Part shown: positions 26,253 to 35,122 of the stretch, one piece after another
How positions within the stretch are numbered: position 1 is the first letter of the stretch
How the letters are laid out: the number at the start of each line of letters is the position of its first letter
From: Salinarimonas sp.
Lineage (GTDB): Bacteria; Pseudomonadota; Alphaproteobacteria; Rhizobiales; Beijerinckiaceae
DNA: 64,000 nt
Assembly: GCF_046292825.1 (NCBI RefSeq)
Contig: NZ_JBKBQG010000017.1
Span: 7,972 to 71,971, forward strand
Reading direction: 5' to 3'
Translations under genes and position numbers: made by a program
The notes under the pieces: generated by a model
What the model was told of the DNA's origin: nothing
Seen by the model: only the letters and a program-made list of their open reading frames with translations
Databases searched by the model: none

Positions 26253-27779
26253 ATGGACGACGGCGGCAGGCGAGGTCCGGCGACGCACGGAACGATCGCG
26301 GCGGAGGTGCTCCCGGCCGCGGCCGAGCGCGCGCCCTCCGCCCGCCGCGGCATCGGCCTCTCGGGGCGGCTCCTCGTCCTCACCATCGCCTTCGTCATGC
26401 TCGCCGAGGTGCTGATCTACGTCCCCTCGGTCGCGCGTTTCCAGAATTCCTGGCTCTCGGACCGCCTCGCCGCGGCCCAGATCGCCGCGCTGGTGCTCGA
26501 TGCCGATGCGGAGGGGCCGGTGGGAGAGGCGGTCGAGCGCAAGCTGCTCGAGGGGGTCGGCGCGGAGCTCGTCGCGGTGCGCGGCGGCGGCACGCGGCGC
26601 CTCCTCGCGATGGACACGATGCCGCCTGCGATCGACCGCACCGTCGACCTGCGCGACCAGAGCCTCGTCGATTCCGTCCGCGCCGCCTTCGCGACGCTCA
26701 CCCGCCCGAACGGCGGCGCCATGCGGGTGATCGGGCCGGGCACCGGAGCGCAGGCGCAGGAGATCGACTTCGTCGAGATCGTGATCGACCCCGCGCCCCT
26801 GCGCACGGCCCTGATCGGCTTCTCGATCAACATCCTGATCCTCTCGCTGATCATCTCGGCGATCACGGCAGGGCTCGTCTTCCTCGCGCTCGAGCTCGTG
26901 ATCGTGCGGCCCGTGCGGCGACTGTCGACGAACATCGCCCGCTTCTCCGAGGAGCCGGAGGATGCCGCGCGCATCATCGTGCCGTCCGATCGCACCGACG
27001 AGATCGGCGTCGCCGAGCGGGCGCTCGAGCGCACCGAGCGCGCGCTCGCCCAGGAGCTGCGCGCGACGCGCCGCCTCGCCGAGCTCGGGCTCGGGGTCGC
27101 CAAGATCAACCACGATCTGCGCAACATGCTCGCCTCCGCCCAGCTCGTGGCAGACCGGATGGTGGAAGCCTCCGACCCGACGGTGCAGCGCTTCGCGCCC
27201 CGCCTCGTCGCGACGCTCCAGCGCGCGATCGACTTCTCCGAGGCGACCCTCGCCTATGGCCGCGCCGTCGAGCCCGAGCCCGACCGCCGGCCGGTGCGTC
27301 TCCTCGACGTGCTCGCCGATCTCGACGACGTGCCGGGGCTGTCGCGCGCGCGCGAGGACGGCGAGGGAACGGACGAGAGCGGCGAAGGCCCCGTGCGCCT
27401 CGTCCTCGCCGTGCCCGACGATCTCCTCGTCGACGCCGACCGCGCCCAGCTCGCGCGCGTCTTCGTCAATCTCGCCCGCAACGCCGTGCGCGCGCTCGCC
27501 AAGGCGCCCTCGGGCGCGCGGGCGCTCACGATCGAGGCCTGGCGGGAGGAGGGGGCCTGCCACGTGCGCGTCTCCGACAACGGCCCCGGGCTGCCGGCGC
27601 GGGCGGTGGCGCACCTCTTCGAGGCCTTCAAGGGCGCCTCCGGCGGCACCGGCCTCGGCCTCGCGATCTGCGCGGAGATCGTGCGCCTGCACGGCGGACG
27701 AATCGCCCACGAGCCGGACCGCCCCGGCGCCTGCTTCCTCGTCGTCGTGCCCGATCGGGAAAAAACCGTGGCTGCGTAA
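26253..27779 (+). CDS. sensor histidine kinase (orphan, membrane-bound)
   Basis: Two TM segments. H-box KINHDLRNMLA, N-box NLARNAVRA, G-boxes DNGPGL and GTGLGLAI. No response regulator gene is adjacent. Confidence 0.85.
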   Translation: MDDGGRRGPATHGTIAAEVLPAAAERAPSARRGIGLSGRLLVLTIAFVMLAEVLIYVPSVARFQNSWLSDRLAAAQIAALVLDADAEGPVGEAVERKLLEGVGAELVAVRGGGTRRLLAMDTMPPAIDRTVDLRDQSLVDSVRAAFATLTRPNGGAMRVIGPGTGAQAQEIDFVEIVIDPAPLRTALIGFSINILILSLIISAITAGLVFLALELVIVRPVRRLSTNIARFSEEPEDAARIIVPSDRTDEIGVAERALERTERALAQELRATRRLAELGLGVAKINHDLRNMLASAQLVADRMVEASDPTVQRFAPRLVATLQRAIDFSEATLAYGRAVEPEPDRRPVRLLDVLADLDDVPGLSRAREDGEGTDESGEGPVRLVLAVPDDLLVDADRAQLARVFVNLARNAVRALAKAPSGARALTIEAWREEGACHVRVSDNGPGLPARAVAHLFEAFKGASGGTGLGLAICAEIVRLHGGRIAHEPDRPGACFLVVVPDREKTVAA

Positions 27780-27830
27780 CGATCGCGCCCTCTTCCCGCG
27801 AAAAAAACGCGCGATCCTCGAAAAACCCGC

Positions 27831-27859
27831 TTGCCAAGCGTCCCGCGATTTTCTATTCC
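27831..27859 (+). promoter_or_regulatory. possible sigma70-type promoter for tRNA-Arg (TTGCCA-N17-TATTCC)
   Basis: Hexamers read directly, about 40 nt upstream of the tRNA 5' end. Weak evidence only. Confidence 0.3.
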
Positions 27860-27900
27860 ACCGGCCTCGCCGGAAGGCAACGCCCTCCCGGTTCCGGCAA

Positions 27901-27977
27901 GCGCCCGTAGCTCAGCTGGATAGAGCACCAGACTACGAATCTGGGGGTCAGAGGTTCGAATCCTTTCGGGCGCGCCA
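27901..27977 (+). tRNA. tRNA-Arg (anticodon ACG)
   Basis: Cloverleaf by hand: acceptor GCGCCCG/CGGGCGC, D arm GCTC-AGCTGGATA-GAGC, anticodon arm CCAGA-CTACGAA-TCTGG (ACG), T arm AGAGG-TTCGAAT-CCTTT, discriminator G, encoded CCA. Confidence 0.95.
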
Positions 27978-28098
27978 TTCTTCTCTGCGATTACACGAGA
28001 GTGCGATTCGTCACCGGTCGCGTCCGCCGACGTCGCGGCGCGTTATTCGGGGACGTGAGCGAGCCGTCGGGCGAGGCCCGCGTGCCGCCTCCGCATCG

Positions 28099-29175
28099 TC
28101 ACGCCCGCGCGAAAACCTCGCCGCGCATGAGCATGCGCGCGGTGCGCACCGCGCCTCCCGAGACGACCTCGAGCGCGGTGCCCGAGCCGCGCGTGAGGAG
28201 GGCGACGTCGAACAGGCCCACGGGGTGCTCGACGAGGATCTCGCGGTCGTCGCCCGCGGGCCGGATCGCGAGCCCGTCGGCGACGGAGCCCTCGAGCATG
28301 GCGGCGGTCGCGATGCACAGGCCCCCGGTCACGGCCATCGCCGCATGGGTCTTGTGGGGGACGAAATAGCGGGCGCGGACATGGCCGCCGGCGCTCGGCG
28401 CCGACAGGATCGCCGCCTTCGGCACGACCTTGTCCGCCACCTCCCCGAGCCCCATCAGCCGCCCCGCTTCCCGCCGCAGCGCCTCGAGCCGGGCGAAGAA
28501 GGCGCGGTCCGCGTCGAGCGCGGCGGGGGTCTCGTCGCCGGACTTGCCGAGATCGGCGGCGCGCAGGATCATCATCGGCACCGCGACGTCGATCAGGGTC
28601 GCCTCGACCCCGTCGATCACGTCAATCGCGTTCCCTGTCGGCAGGAGGCGGCCCGTCTTGGAGCCGACGATGTCCATGAAGGACAGCCGCACCGGCGCTG
28701 CCGTCCCCGGGACGCCGTCGATGCGCGCCTCCCCGCCATAGGCCACGCGCCCGCCCGGCGTGCGCACCCGCGCCTCGATCAGGCTGTCGGTGTTGATGTT
28801 GTAGATGACGACCCGAGTTTCGCCGTCCCGCGCCGGCACGAGACCGGCCTCGATCGCGAAGGGCCCGACGCCCGCGAGGATGTTGCCGCAGGAGGGGCCG
28901 GTGTCGACGATCGGCTTGTCGACCGAGACCTGCGCGAAGAGATAGTCGACGTCGACGCCGGGGCGGCTCGAGCGCCCGACCATCGCCACCTTCGAGGTGA
29001 GCGTGTCGGCGCCCCCGATGCCGTCGATCTGCCGCACGTCCGGCGAGCCCATCACGGAGAGGAGGACGCGATCGCGCTCGGCCGGGTCCGCGGGCAGGTC
29101 CTCCATGCGGAAATAGGGCCCCTTCGAGGTGCCCCCGCGCATGAGGATGCAGGGAATGGCGATCTGGTCGGACAT
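28099..29175 (-). CDS. PrpF / 4-oxalomesaconate tautomerase family isomerase
   Basis: IPCILMRGGTSKGPYF, GGADTLTSKVAMV and PSCGNILAGVGPFA are PrpF/GalD-family hallmarks. Confidence 0.8.
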   Translation of the reverse strand: MSDQIAIPCILMRGGTSKGPYFRMEDLPADPAERDRVLLSVMGSPDVRQIDGIGGADTLTSKVAMVGRSSRPGVDVDYLFAQVSVDKPIVDTGPSCGNILAGVGPFAIEAGLVPARDGETRVVIYNINTDSLIEARVRTPGGRVAYGGEARIDGVPGTAAPVRLSFMDIVGSKTGRLLPTGNAIDVIDGVEATLIDVAVPMMILRAADLGKSGDETPAALDADRAFFARLEALRREAGRLMGLGEVADKVVPKAAILSAPSAGGHVRARYFVPHKTHAAMAVTGGLCIATAAMLEGSVADGLAIRPAGDDREILVEHPVGLFDVALLTRGSGTALEVVSGGAVRTARMLMRGEVFARA

Positions 29176-29195
29176 GGCGCGGTCTCTTTCTTTTT

Positions 29196-29338
29196 CCCTC
29201 CCCGTAGGGGAGGGTGGCCTCCGAGGCGAAGCCGAAGGAGGTCGGGTGGGGCCCGACGCTCGAAGGCTATTCTCCACCCGGGCCCCACCCGGCCACGCTC
29301 GCTTCGCTCCCGTGTCCACCCTCCCCTCCGGGGAGGGA
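29196..29338. repeat. family C structured intergenic repeat, copy C1
   Basis: ccctccccgtaggggagggtgg ... gtcgggtggggccc ... gggccccacccgg ... ccaccctcccctccggggaggga. Terminal hairpins plus long-range complementarity. Copies at 40658, 40814, 49108, 49251 and 49408. Confidence 0.85.
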
Positions 29339-29342
29339 TTTT

Positions 29343-31322
29343 TCATCGCAATGGCCAGGGCAGGTCGTAGGCTCCCTGCAGCCAGCCTCCCGGAAAGACG
29401 AGGTTCAGCGCGTTGGCGAGGACGAGGATGAAGCCGATGCCGAGCACCGTGAGCAGCACCGTCGTCACCCACGACGCCCGCGCGTAGAGCCTCAGGAACA
29501 CGAGGAAGAAGCCGAGGATCGCGAGGAAGAAGCCGACGAGCGCGGTCGCGACGACGAGGCCGGCGATCCAGGCGAAGATCCGCCAAGGCGATGTCGACCC
29601 CTCGTCTCCGGGCGTCGTCTCCCCGTCGAAATTGGCGCTCGACTCGCGCCGCCCCAAAGCGAGCGGGGCCAGCACCAGGAGCGTCGCGAGGAAGCCCACC
29701 ACCGCGACCCCCGTCGGGAACACGCCTCCCAGGAAGGAGAGCCGCCAGACCTGGGTGAAGGCCCAGACGAAGAGCGCGAGCACCGCCGCCGTGAAGAGGA
29801 GCTGCGGCCACAAGACCCGCGCCCTCGCCGCCTCGGCCGAGCCCTCCGTCGCCACCGCCCCGCCGCCCCCGGGGCCCTTGCGGGCGCCGAGCCAGATCGA
29901 GACGAGGGTGAGGACCGCGATCGCGATCACGAGCGGGCGCGTGAGGAAGTCCCAGCCCGCGAACTGGACCGCCTGATAGAGATAGCGCTCGCCCTGGAGC
30001 GCGAGCACGAAGCCGATCAGGAAGGCCGGGCGCGGCCAGCCGAAGCGCTTCAAGAGGATGCCGAGCGCCCCCATCGCGACGAGCGCCACGAGATCGTAGA
30101 GCGAGCGCGTCGCCTGGAAGGCGGCGAACGAGATCACCATGATCATGAAGGGCGCGACCAGCGTGTAGCGCACGGTGGTCAGCCGCGCGATGCCCGGCGC
30201 GAGCGCGATGCACAGAGCGGTGCCGATGACGTTGGCGAGCGCGAGCGACCAGACGATCGTATAGGTCACGTCGAGATTGCGCCCCGCCATCGCCGGGCCC
30301 GGCTGGAGCCCGAGCAGAATCATGCCCGCGAGGAAGATCGCCATCGAGCCGGAGCCCGGAATGCCGAAGAGCAGCGTCGGCACCAGCCCGCCGCCCTCCT
30401 TGGCGTTGTTGGCGCTCTCGGGCGCGATCACACCGCGGATGTCGCCCTTGCCGAATTGCGAGCGGTCCTTCGAGGTCTGGACGACGTGGCCATAGGCGAT
30501 CCAGTCGACGACCGAGCCGCCGAGCCCCGGGATCGCGCCGATCACGGCGCCGAGGCCCGAGCAGCGCAGCGCGAGCCATTTGTGGCGCCAGGTGTCGAGG
30601 ATGCCCTTGTACCAGCCCGATCCGAGCCGGTTCGTGCGCGCGATGGTCGGCCCCCCGCGCAGGAGGTCGACGATCTCGGGCACGGCGAAGAGGCCGAGCG
30701 CCACGATCACGAGCGGCACGCCGTCCATGAGGTAGAGCGTGCCGAACTCCATCCGATATTCGCCGGTCGCCGGCGCCGCGCCGACCGCGCCGAGGACGAG
30801 GCCGAGCGCCGCGGCCGCCACGCCCTTGGCGAGGTTCGTGCCCGCGAGCACGCCCACCATCGAGAGGCCGAACAAGGTGAGCATGAACAATTCGGCCGCC
30901 CCGAAGGACAGGATCAGCGGGCGCGCGACCACCACGAAGCCGGTCAGGATCGCCGCGCCGAACAGGCCGCCGATCAGCGAGGCGAAGAACGCCGCCGAGA
31001 GCGCGCGCGCCGCCTCGCCCTGCTTGGCGAGTGGGAAGCCGTCGAGCACCGTCGCCTGCGAGGCCGAGGAGCCGGGTATCCCCATCAGGACCGAGGTGAA
31101 CGTGTCGGACGTGGGGATGATCGCCACGAGGCCGATCAGCATCGCGAGCGCGGAGATCTGGTCCATGCCGTAGAGGAAGGGCAGGAGCAGCGACAGGCCG
31201 GCGATGCCGCCGAGCCCCGGCAGCACGCCGATGAGGAGGCCGAGCACGACGCCGAGCGTCATGAAGGCCATATGCTGCCAGGTCATCAGATTGGCGAGCG
31301 CGTCGAAGAGTGCCTCGATCAT
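29343..31322 (-). CDS. tctA: tripartite tricarboxylate transporter permease TctA with C-terminal TctB-like extension (apparent TctA-TctB fusion)
   Basis: N-terminal about 500 aa is typical TctA (GVLPGLGGIAGLSLLLPF, IPGSGS). The extra about 150 aa C-terminal region has four more hydrophobic helices. No separate tctB gene lies between tctC and tctA. Confidence 0.8.
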   Translation of the reverse strand: MIEALFDALANLMTWQHMAFMTLGVVLGLLIGVLPGLGGIAGLSLLLPFLYGMDQISALAMLIGLVAIIPTSDTFTSVLMGIPGSSASQATVLDGFPLAKQGEAARALSAAFFASLIGGLFGAAILTGFVVVARPLILSFGAAELFMLTLFGLSMVGVLAGTNLAKGVAAAALGLVLGAVGAAPATGEYRMEFGTLYLMDGVPLVIVALGLFAVPEIVDLLRGGPTIARTNRLGSGWYKGILDTWRHKWLALRCSGLGAVIGAIPGLGGSVVDWIAYGHVVQTSKDRSQFGKGDIRGVIAPESANNAKEGGGLVPTLLFGIPGSGSMAIFLAGMILLGLQPGPAMAGRNLDVTYTIVWSLALANVIGTALCIALAPGIARLTTVRYTLVAPFMIMVISFAAFQATRSLYDLVALVAMGALGILLKRFGWPRPAFLIGFVLALQGERYLYQAVQFAGWDFLTRPLVIAIAVLTLVSIWLGARKGPGGGGAVATEGSAEAARARVLWPQLLFTAAVLALFVWAFTQVWRLSFLGGVFPTGVAVVGFLATLLVLAPLALGRRESSANFDGETTPGDEGSTSPWRIFAWIAGLVVATALVGFFLAILGFFLVFLRLYARASWVTTVLLTVLGIGFILVLANALNLVFPGGWLQGAYDLPWPLR

Positions 31323-31417
31323 GAAGCGTCAGGCTCCGGTCCGGCGCGGCGGGCGCGGGTGCACAGACGCCGCCGCGGCTGCGTGCCGCGACGGCTTCGG
31401 CGAACGGCGTGCGCCGG

Positions 31418-32515
31418 TCAGAGCTCGACCTGGTGCGTCTCGCGCAGGAATGTGCGCACCCATTCGCGCGCGTCCGGGTCGATCGAGGTCGCGACGCGGT
31501 AGAGCGGCTCGACGTCGTCGAGCACGGCCTGCTCGTAATCGCCGAGGACGTCCTCCTTGGCCGCCTGCAGCTCGGGATCGGCCACCGCGTCGGCGAAGGC
31601 CTGGCGATAGGTCTGGACGATGTTCTCGGGCGTGCCCTCGGGCAGCATGGCGGGCTTCTGGGCGGCGAAGCCCGAGCCGAAGAAGGCCATGTACGCGTCG
31701 AACTCGACGCCCGAGGGACGCGAGCCGTGCATCATCTCGTAGGCCTCGACGAAATGCGGCAGGTCCGGGAAGGTCGGATCGCGCTGGACGTTGCCCTGCG
31801 CGTCGAGCACGCCCCAGGAGAACATCGGCACGGCCTCGCCCGCCTCGACGAGCGGCATCACCTGGGTGAGATAGGCCGACGAGGTCTGGTAGTCGACCGT
31901 CGCCTCGCCGCGCTCGAAGGCGAGACGGCCCTCTCCGCGCCCGCGCATGCCGAAGACGTAGCGCACGTCGAGCCCCATCACGAGGAAGGCGAGCATCGGG
32001 ACGAGGTCGAGCGAGGTCGCGCCCTGGCTCGCATAGACGAGCTCGGTCCCCTGCAATTGCCCGAGCTGCGAGGCGTCCTCGACGCCGAAGCGCGCCGGCA
32101 GATAGACGACGCCGCCCGTCGGCGAGACGAGCACCGGCTGCAGCCGGGCGTAATCGTAGCGCACGCGCGGATCGCCGAGGAGGAAGGGGAATTGCGTCGA
32201 GCCGGAGGTCCCGAGCAGCGCGAGCCCGTCGGGCCGGGCGCGGGCGACGAACTCGTTCGTGCCGGTGATCGAGCCGCCGCCGGGCACGTTGCGCACGATC
32301 ACGTTCGGATTGCCGGGCAGGTGCCTGGAGAGGAACGGCGCGAAGAAGCGCGCCCACACGTCCGAGCCGCCGCCTTCGGCGAAGGGGATCGTCCATTCCA
32401 CGGTGCGGCCGGAGAAATCGACGCCCTGCGCGCGCGCGGCGGCCGGCAGGAGCGTCGTGGCGGCGCCCGCGGCGGCGGCTCCGACGATGAATTGGCGGCG
32501 GTCGATCGTGGTCAT
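31418..32515 (-). CDS. tctC: tripartite tricarboxylate transporter substrate-binding protein (TctC/Bug family), Tat/Sec signal
   Basis: Start [29 protein letters not shown]. Motifs [10 protein letters not shown] and FAEGGGSD are TctC-like. Located upstream of tctA. Confidence 0.75.
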   Translation of the reverse strand: MTTIDRRQFIVGAAAAGAATTLLPAAARAQGVDFSGRTVEWTIPFAEGGGSDVWARFFAPFLSRHLPGNPNVIVRNVPGGGSITGTNEFVARARPDGLALLGTSGSTQFPFLLGDPRVRYDYARLQPVLVSPTGGVVYLPARFGVEDASQLGQLQGTELVYASQGATSLDLVPMLAFLVMGLDVRYVFGMRGRGEGRLAFERGEATVDYQTSSAYLTQVMPLVEAGEAVPMFSWGVLDAQGNVQRDPTFPDLPHFVEAYEMMHGSRPSGVEFDAYMAFFGSGFAAQKPAMLPEGTPENIVQTYRQAFADAVADPELQAAKEDVLGDYEQAVLDDVEPLYRVATSIDPDAREWVRTFLRETHQVEL

Positions 32516-32754
32516 CGGCGTCTCCTCGCTTATGTTTACGACGCGTTCGGCGTCTGTGGCGCGATCTCTTGGCGTGACCGCGCTCGCCGAACAGACTACG
32601 TGCGCCGTCCCTTCATGTAAACTGCACTGTGTACAAAGGTATGCTGTCGACGCGAACGGCCGCCGGCCGCGGGCCCCCGGTCGCATCCGACATGACAGGG
32701 TGAGGGGGATGTGGCAGAGGGGAGGGGAGCCACGAGGCAGGAGAGACCGACCAG

Positions 32755-33666
32755 ATGCCGCGCCGCTACGCCGTCCTCGACGTCTTCACCGACACCCCGC
32801 TCGCCGGCAACCCCCTCGCGGTGGTCTTCGATGCGGAGGGGCTCGACGGGTCCGCGATGCAGGCGATCGCGCGCGAGACGAACCTCTCCGAGACGGTGTT
32901 CGTGCTGCCGCCGCGGGATGCGCGCCATCGCGCGCGGCTGCGCATCTTCACGCCGGGCCGCGAGCTGCCCTTCGCCGGCCATCCGACCGTCGGGACGGCG
33001 ATCGCGCTCGCGCTCGAGGACGGGGACGGCGGGGCGGACGCGCGCGCCTTCGGGCTCGAGGAGGAGGTCGGCATCGTGCCCTGCGTCGTCGAGGTGACCG
33101 GCGCGGGCCGCGGGCGGGCGCGATTCCGCCTGCCGAAGCTGCCGCTGTCCGTCGGCGAGCGCGACCCGGACGAGGCCGCCTGCGCGATGGCGCTCGGCCT
33201 CGAACCCGACGAGATCGGCTTCGCGCGCCATCGCCCGAGCCGCCATTCCGCCGGCGTGCCCTTCGATCTCGTCCCGGTGCGCTCGCGCGCGGCGCTCGAT
33301 CGGGCGCGGGCGAGCGAGCATTTCGACGCGGTGTTCGGGGGAGGCGACCACCCGGCCGTCTATCTCTACACCGCCGAGACCGAGGACCCGCGCGCCTCCT
33401 TCCAGACGCGCATGCTCAGCCGGCTCCTCGGCGCGGGCGTGCTCGAGGATCCCGCTACCGGGTCGGCGGCCGCCGCCTTCGCCGGCGCGCTGATGCAGTT
33501 CGAGCCGATGGGGGAGGGGGTTCACGACGTCCTGATCGAGCAGGGTTTCGCCATGGGCCGCCCGAGCCGCATCGCCCTCCAGCTCCAGATCGAGGCCGGC
33601 GCGCTCGTCGGGGCCGAGATCGGCGGGGAGGCCGTCGTGATCGCGCGCGGCGAGCTCTACGCGTGA
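32755..33666 (+). CDS. PhzF family isomerase
   Basis: [33 protein letters not shown] and the C-terminal EDPATGSAA match PhzF-family motifs. Confidence 0.85.
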   Translation: MPRRYAVLDVFTDTPLAGNPLAVVFDAEGLDGSAMQAIARETNLSETVFVLPPRDARHRARLRIFTPGRELPFAGHPTVGTAIALALEDGDGGADARAFGLEEEVGIVPCVVEVTGAGRGRARFRLPKLPLSVGERDPDEAACAMALGLEPDEIGFARHRPSRHSAGVPFDLVPVRSRAALDRARASEHFDAVFGGGDHPAVYLYTAETEDPRASFQTRMLSRLLGAGVLEDPATGSAAAAFAGALMQFEPMGEGVHDVLIEQGFAMGRPSRIALQLQIEAGALVGAEIGGEAVVIARGELYA

Positions 33667-34376
33667 GGCGAGCGACCGATTTCGTCGCCGACGTCGAGCG
33701 CATCGAGGCGCGCTTCGACGCCACCTGGCGCTGGCCCTTCGCGGACGAGAACGCGGCGGCGATCGCCGCCAATTGGCAGGCGCGGCTCGCCGAGAAGCCG
33801 CGGCTCTTCAACGGGCGCGTGCTCCTCGCCCGCGACATCGTGCGCGACGGCGACGTCCTGCGCGCGACCTACTTCCCCGTGGACTACGCGACGCTGCTCT
33901 TCTTCAAGACGCGCGGCTTCGAGGATGCGGACGTCGCCAACGGCTTCGCGCTCGCGGCCCTGCGCAGCGCCGACGGCGCGTATCTCGTCGGCGAGATGGG
34001 CCCCCACACCGCCAATTCCGGACGCCTCTACTTCCCCGGCGGCACGCCGGACATGAACGACGTGCGCGACGGGAGCACGGTCGATCTCGCGGGCTCGGCT
34101 CTGCGCGAACTCGAGGAGGAGACGGGGCTCGGCCCGGGCGAGGTCGCCGTCGAGGGGTGGACGGTCGTGCGCGACGGCGGCTATCTCGCGCTCCTGCGCC
34201 GCGTCGCCTCCCGCGAGCCCGCCGAGCGGCTCGCCGCCCGCATCCGGGCGACGCTCGCCGCGCAAGCCGAGCCGGAACTCGCCGACATCCACGTCGTGCG
34301 CGCGGCGGGCACCCTCGACCCCGCCCGCACCCCGCCCTTCATGGAGACCTTCCTGCGGCGCGCTTTCGCGGTCTGA
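33663..34376 (+). CDS. NUDIX hydrolase family protein
   Basis: GTG start overlapping the phzF-like stop. Nudix-box-like segment [31 protein letters not shown]. Confidence 0.65.
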   Translation: MRRATDFVADVERIEARFDATWRWPFADENAAAIAANWQARLAEKPRLFNGRVLLARDIVRDGDVLRATYFPVDYATLLFFKTRGFEDADVANGFALAALRSADGAYLVGEMGPHTANSGRLYFPGGTPDMNDVRDGSTVDLAGSALRELEEETGLGPGEVAVEGWTVVRDGGYLALLRRVASREPAERLAARIRATLAAQAEPELADIHVVRAAGTLDPARTPPFMETFLRRAFAV

Positions 34377-34554
34377 TCGCGTCCCGCGCGCGAGCATCGC
34401 GAGCGCAAATGCTCAGCTTTTAGCTTATCAATTTTCTGCGCAGACGAGCGGCACGTAGAAATACGGACCTTTCGGTCCGTTGAGGGGAGCGTGCCGTGGC
34501 GTCCCGACAGTCGAGCTTCTCCGATCGTTCGCATGTCTCGCGCGAGGGGCGGCC

Positions 34555-35091
34555 ATGCGCGCGCTCGAGCTGACCGTTCACGGCATCGAGCGGCTCAATA
34601 CGCTCGTCGGTCGGATCGTGGCGCTGATGACGCTCGGGACGGTGCTCGTCTGCTTCGCGACCGTCTACACCCGCTATGCGCTCAACACGAACTTCATCTG
34701 GCTGCAGGAAGCCTATGTCTGGCAGCACGCGCTCGTGATCGTTCTCGGCGCGGCCTACACGATGATGAGCAACGGCTTCGTGCGGGTGGACATCTTCTAC
34801 GGGCGGATGAGCCCGAAGGGGCGCGCCATCGTCGATCTCGCCGGCACGATCGTCTTCCTGATGCCGTTCCTCGCGGTCCTCGCGGTGACCTTCGCCCGCT
34901 TCTTCTGGAACTCGTGGCTCGCCGACGAGGGCTCGCCCAACGAGAGCGGCCTGCCGAACTGGTGGCTCCTGAAGGGCGCGCTCCTCGTGTTCGTCGGGCT
35001 CGTCTTCCTCCAGGGCATCGCGCTGATGGCGCGCTCGGTCCTGGTTCTGCGCGGGCGTGAAGACTACGCGGCAAAGCCTGCCCACGGTTGA
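34555..35091 (+). CDS. TRAP transporter small permease subunit (DctQ family)
   Basis: 178 aa with four TM helices. YALNTNFIWLQE...VRVDIFY is a DctQ-like pattern. Immediately upstream of the large permease gene. Confidence 0.75.
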   Translation: MRALELTVHGIERLNTLVGRIVALMTLGTVLVCFATVYTRYALNTNFIWLQEAYVWQHALVIVLGAAYTMMSNGFVRVDIFYGRMSPKGRAIVDLAGTIVFLMPFLAVLAVTFARFFWNSWLADEGSPNESGLPNWWLLKGALLVFVGLVFLQGIALMARSVLVLRGREDYAAKPAHG

Positions 35092-35122
35092 GGAAACGCG
35101 ACGGCATAGCCGAGGAGGCGTC

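Noticed and set aside
27978-28098. Genomic island or prophage integration at the 3' end of tRNA-Arg
   Set aside because: No integrase gene follows. I found no repeat of the tRNA 3' end downstream, and the next genes (prpF-like, tct) have native GC content.
32600-32650. Partial palindrome tgtaaactgcactgtgtaca in the tctC / phzF-like divergent region as a regulator binding site
   Set aside because: The symmetry is imperfect, there is only a single occurrence, and no regulator gene in the cluster can be linked to it.
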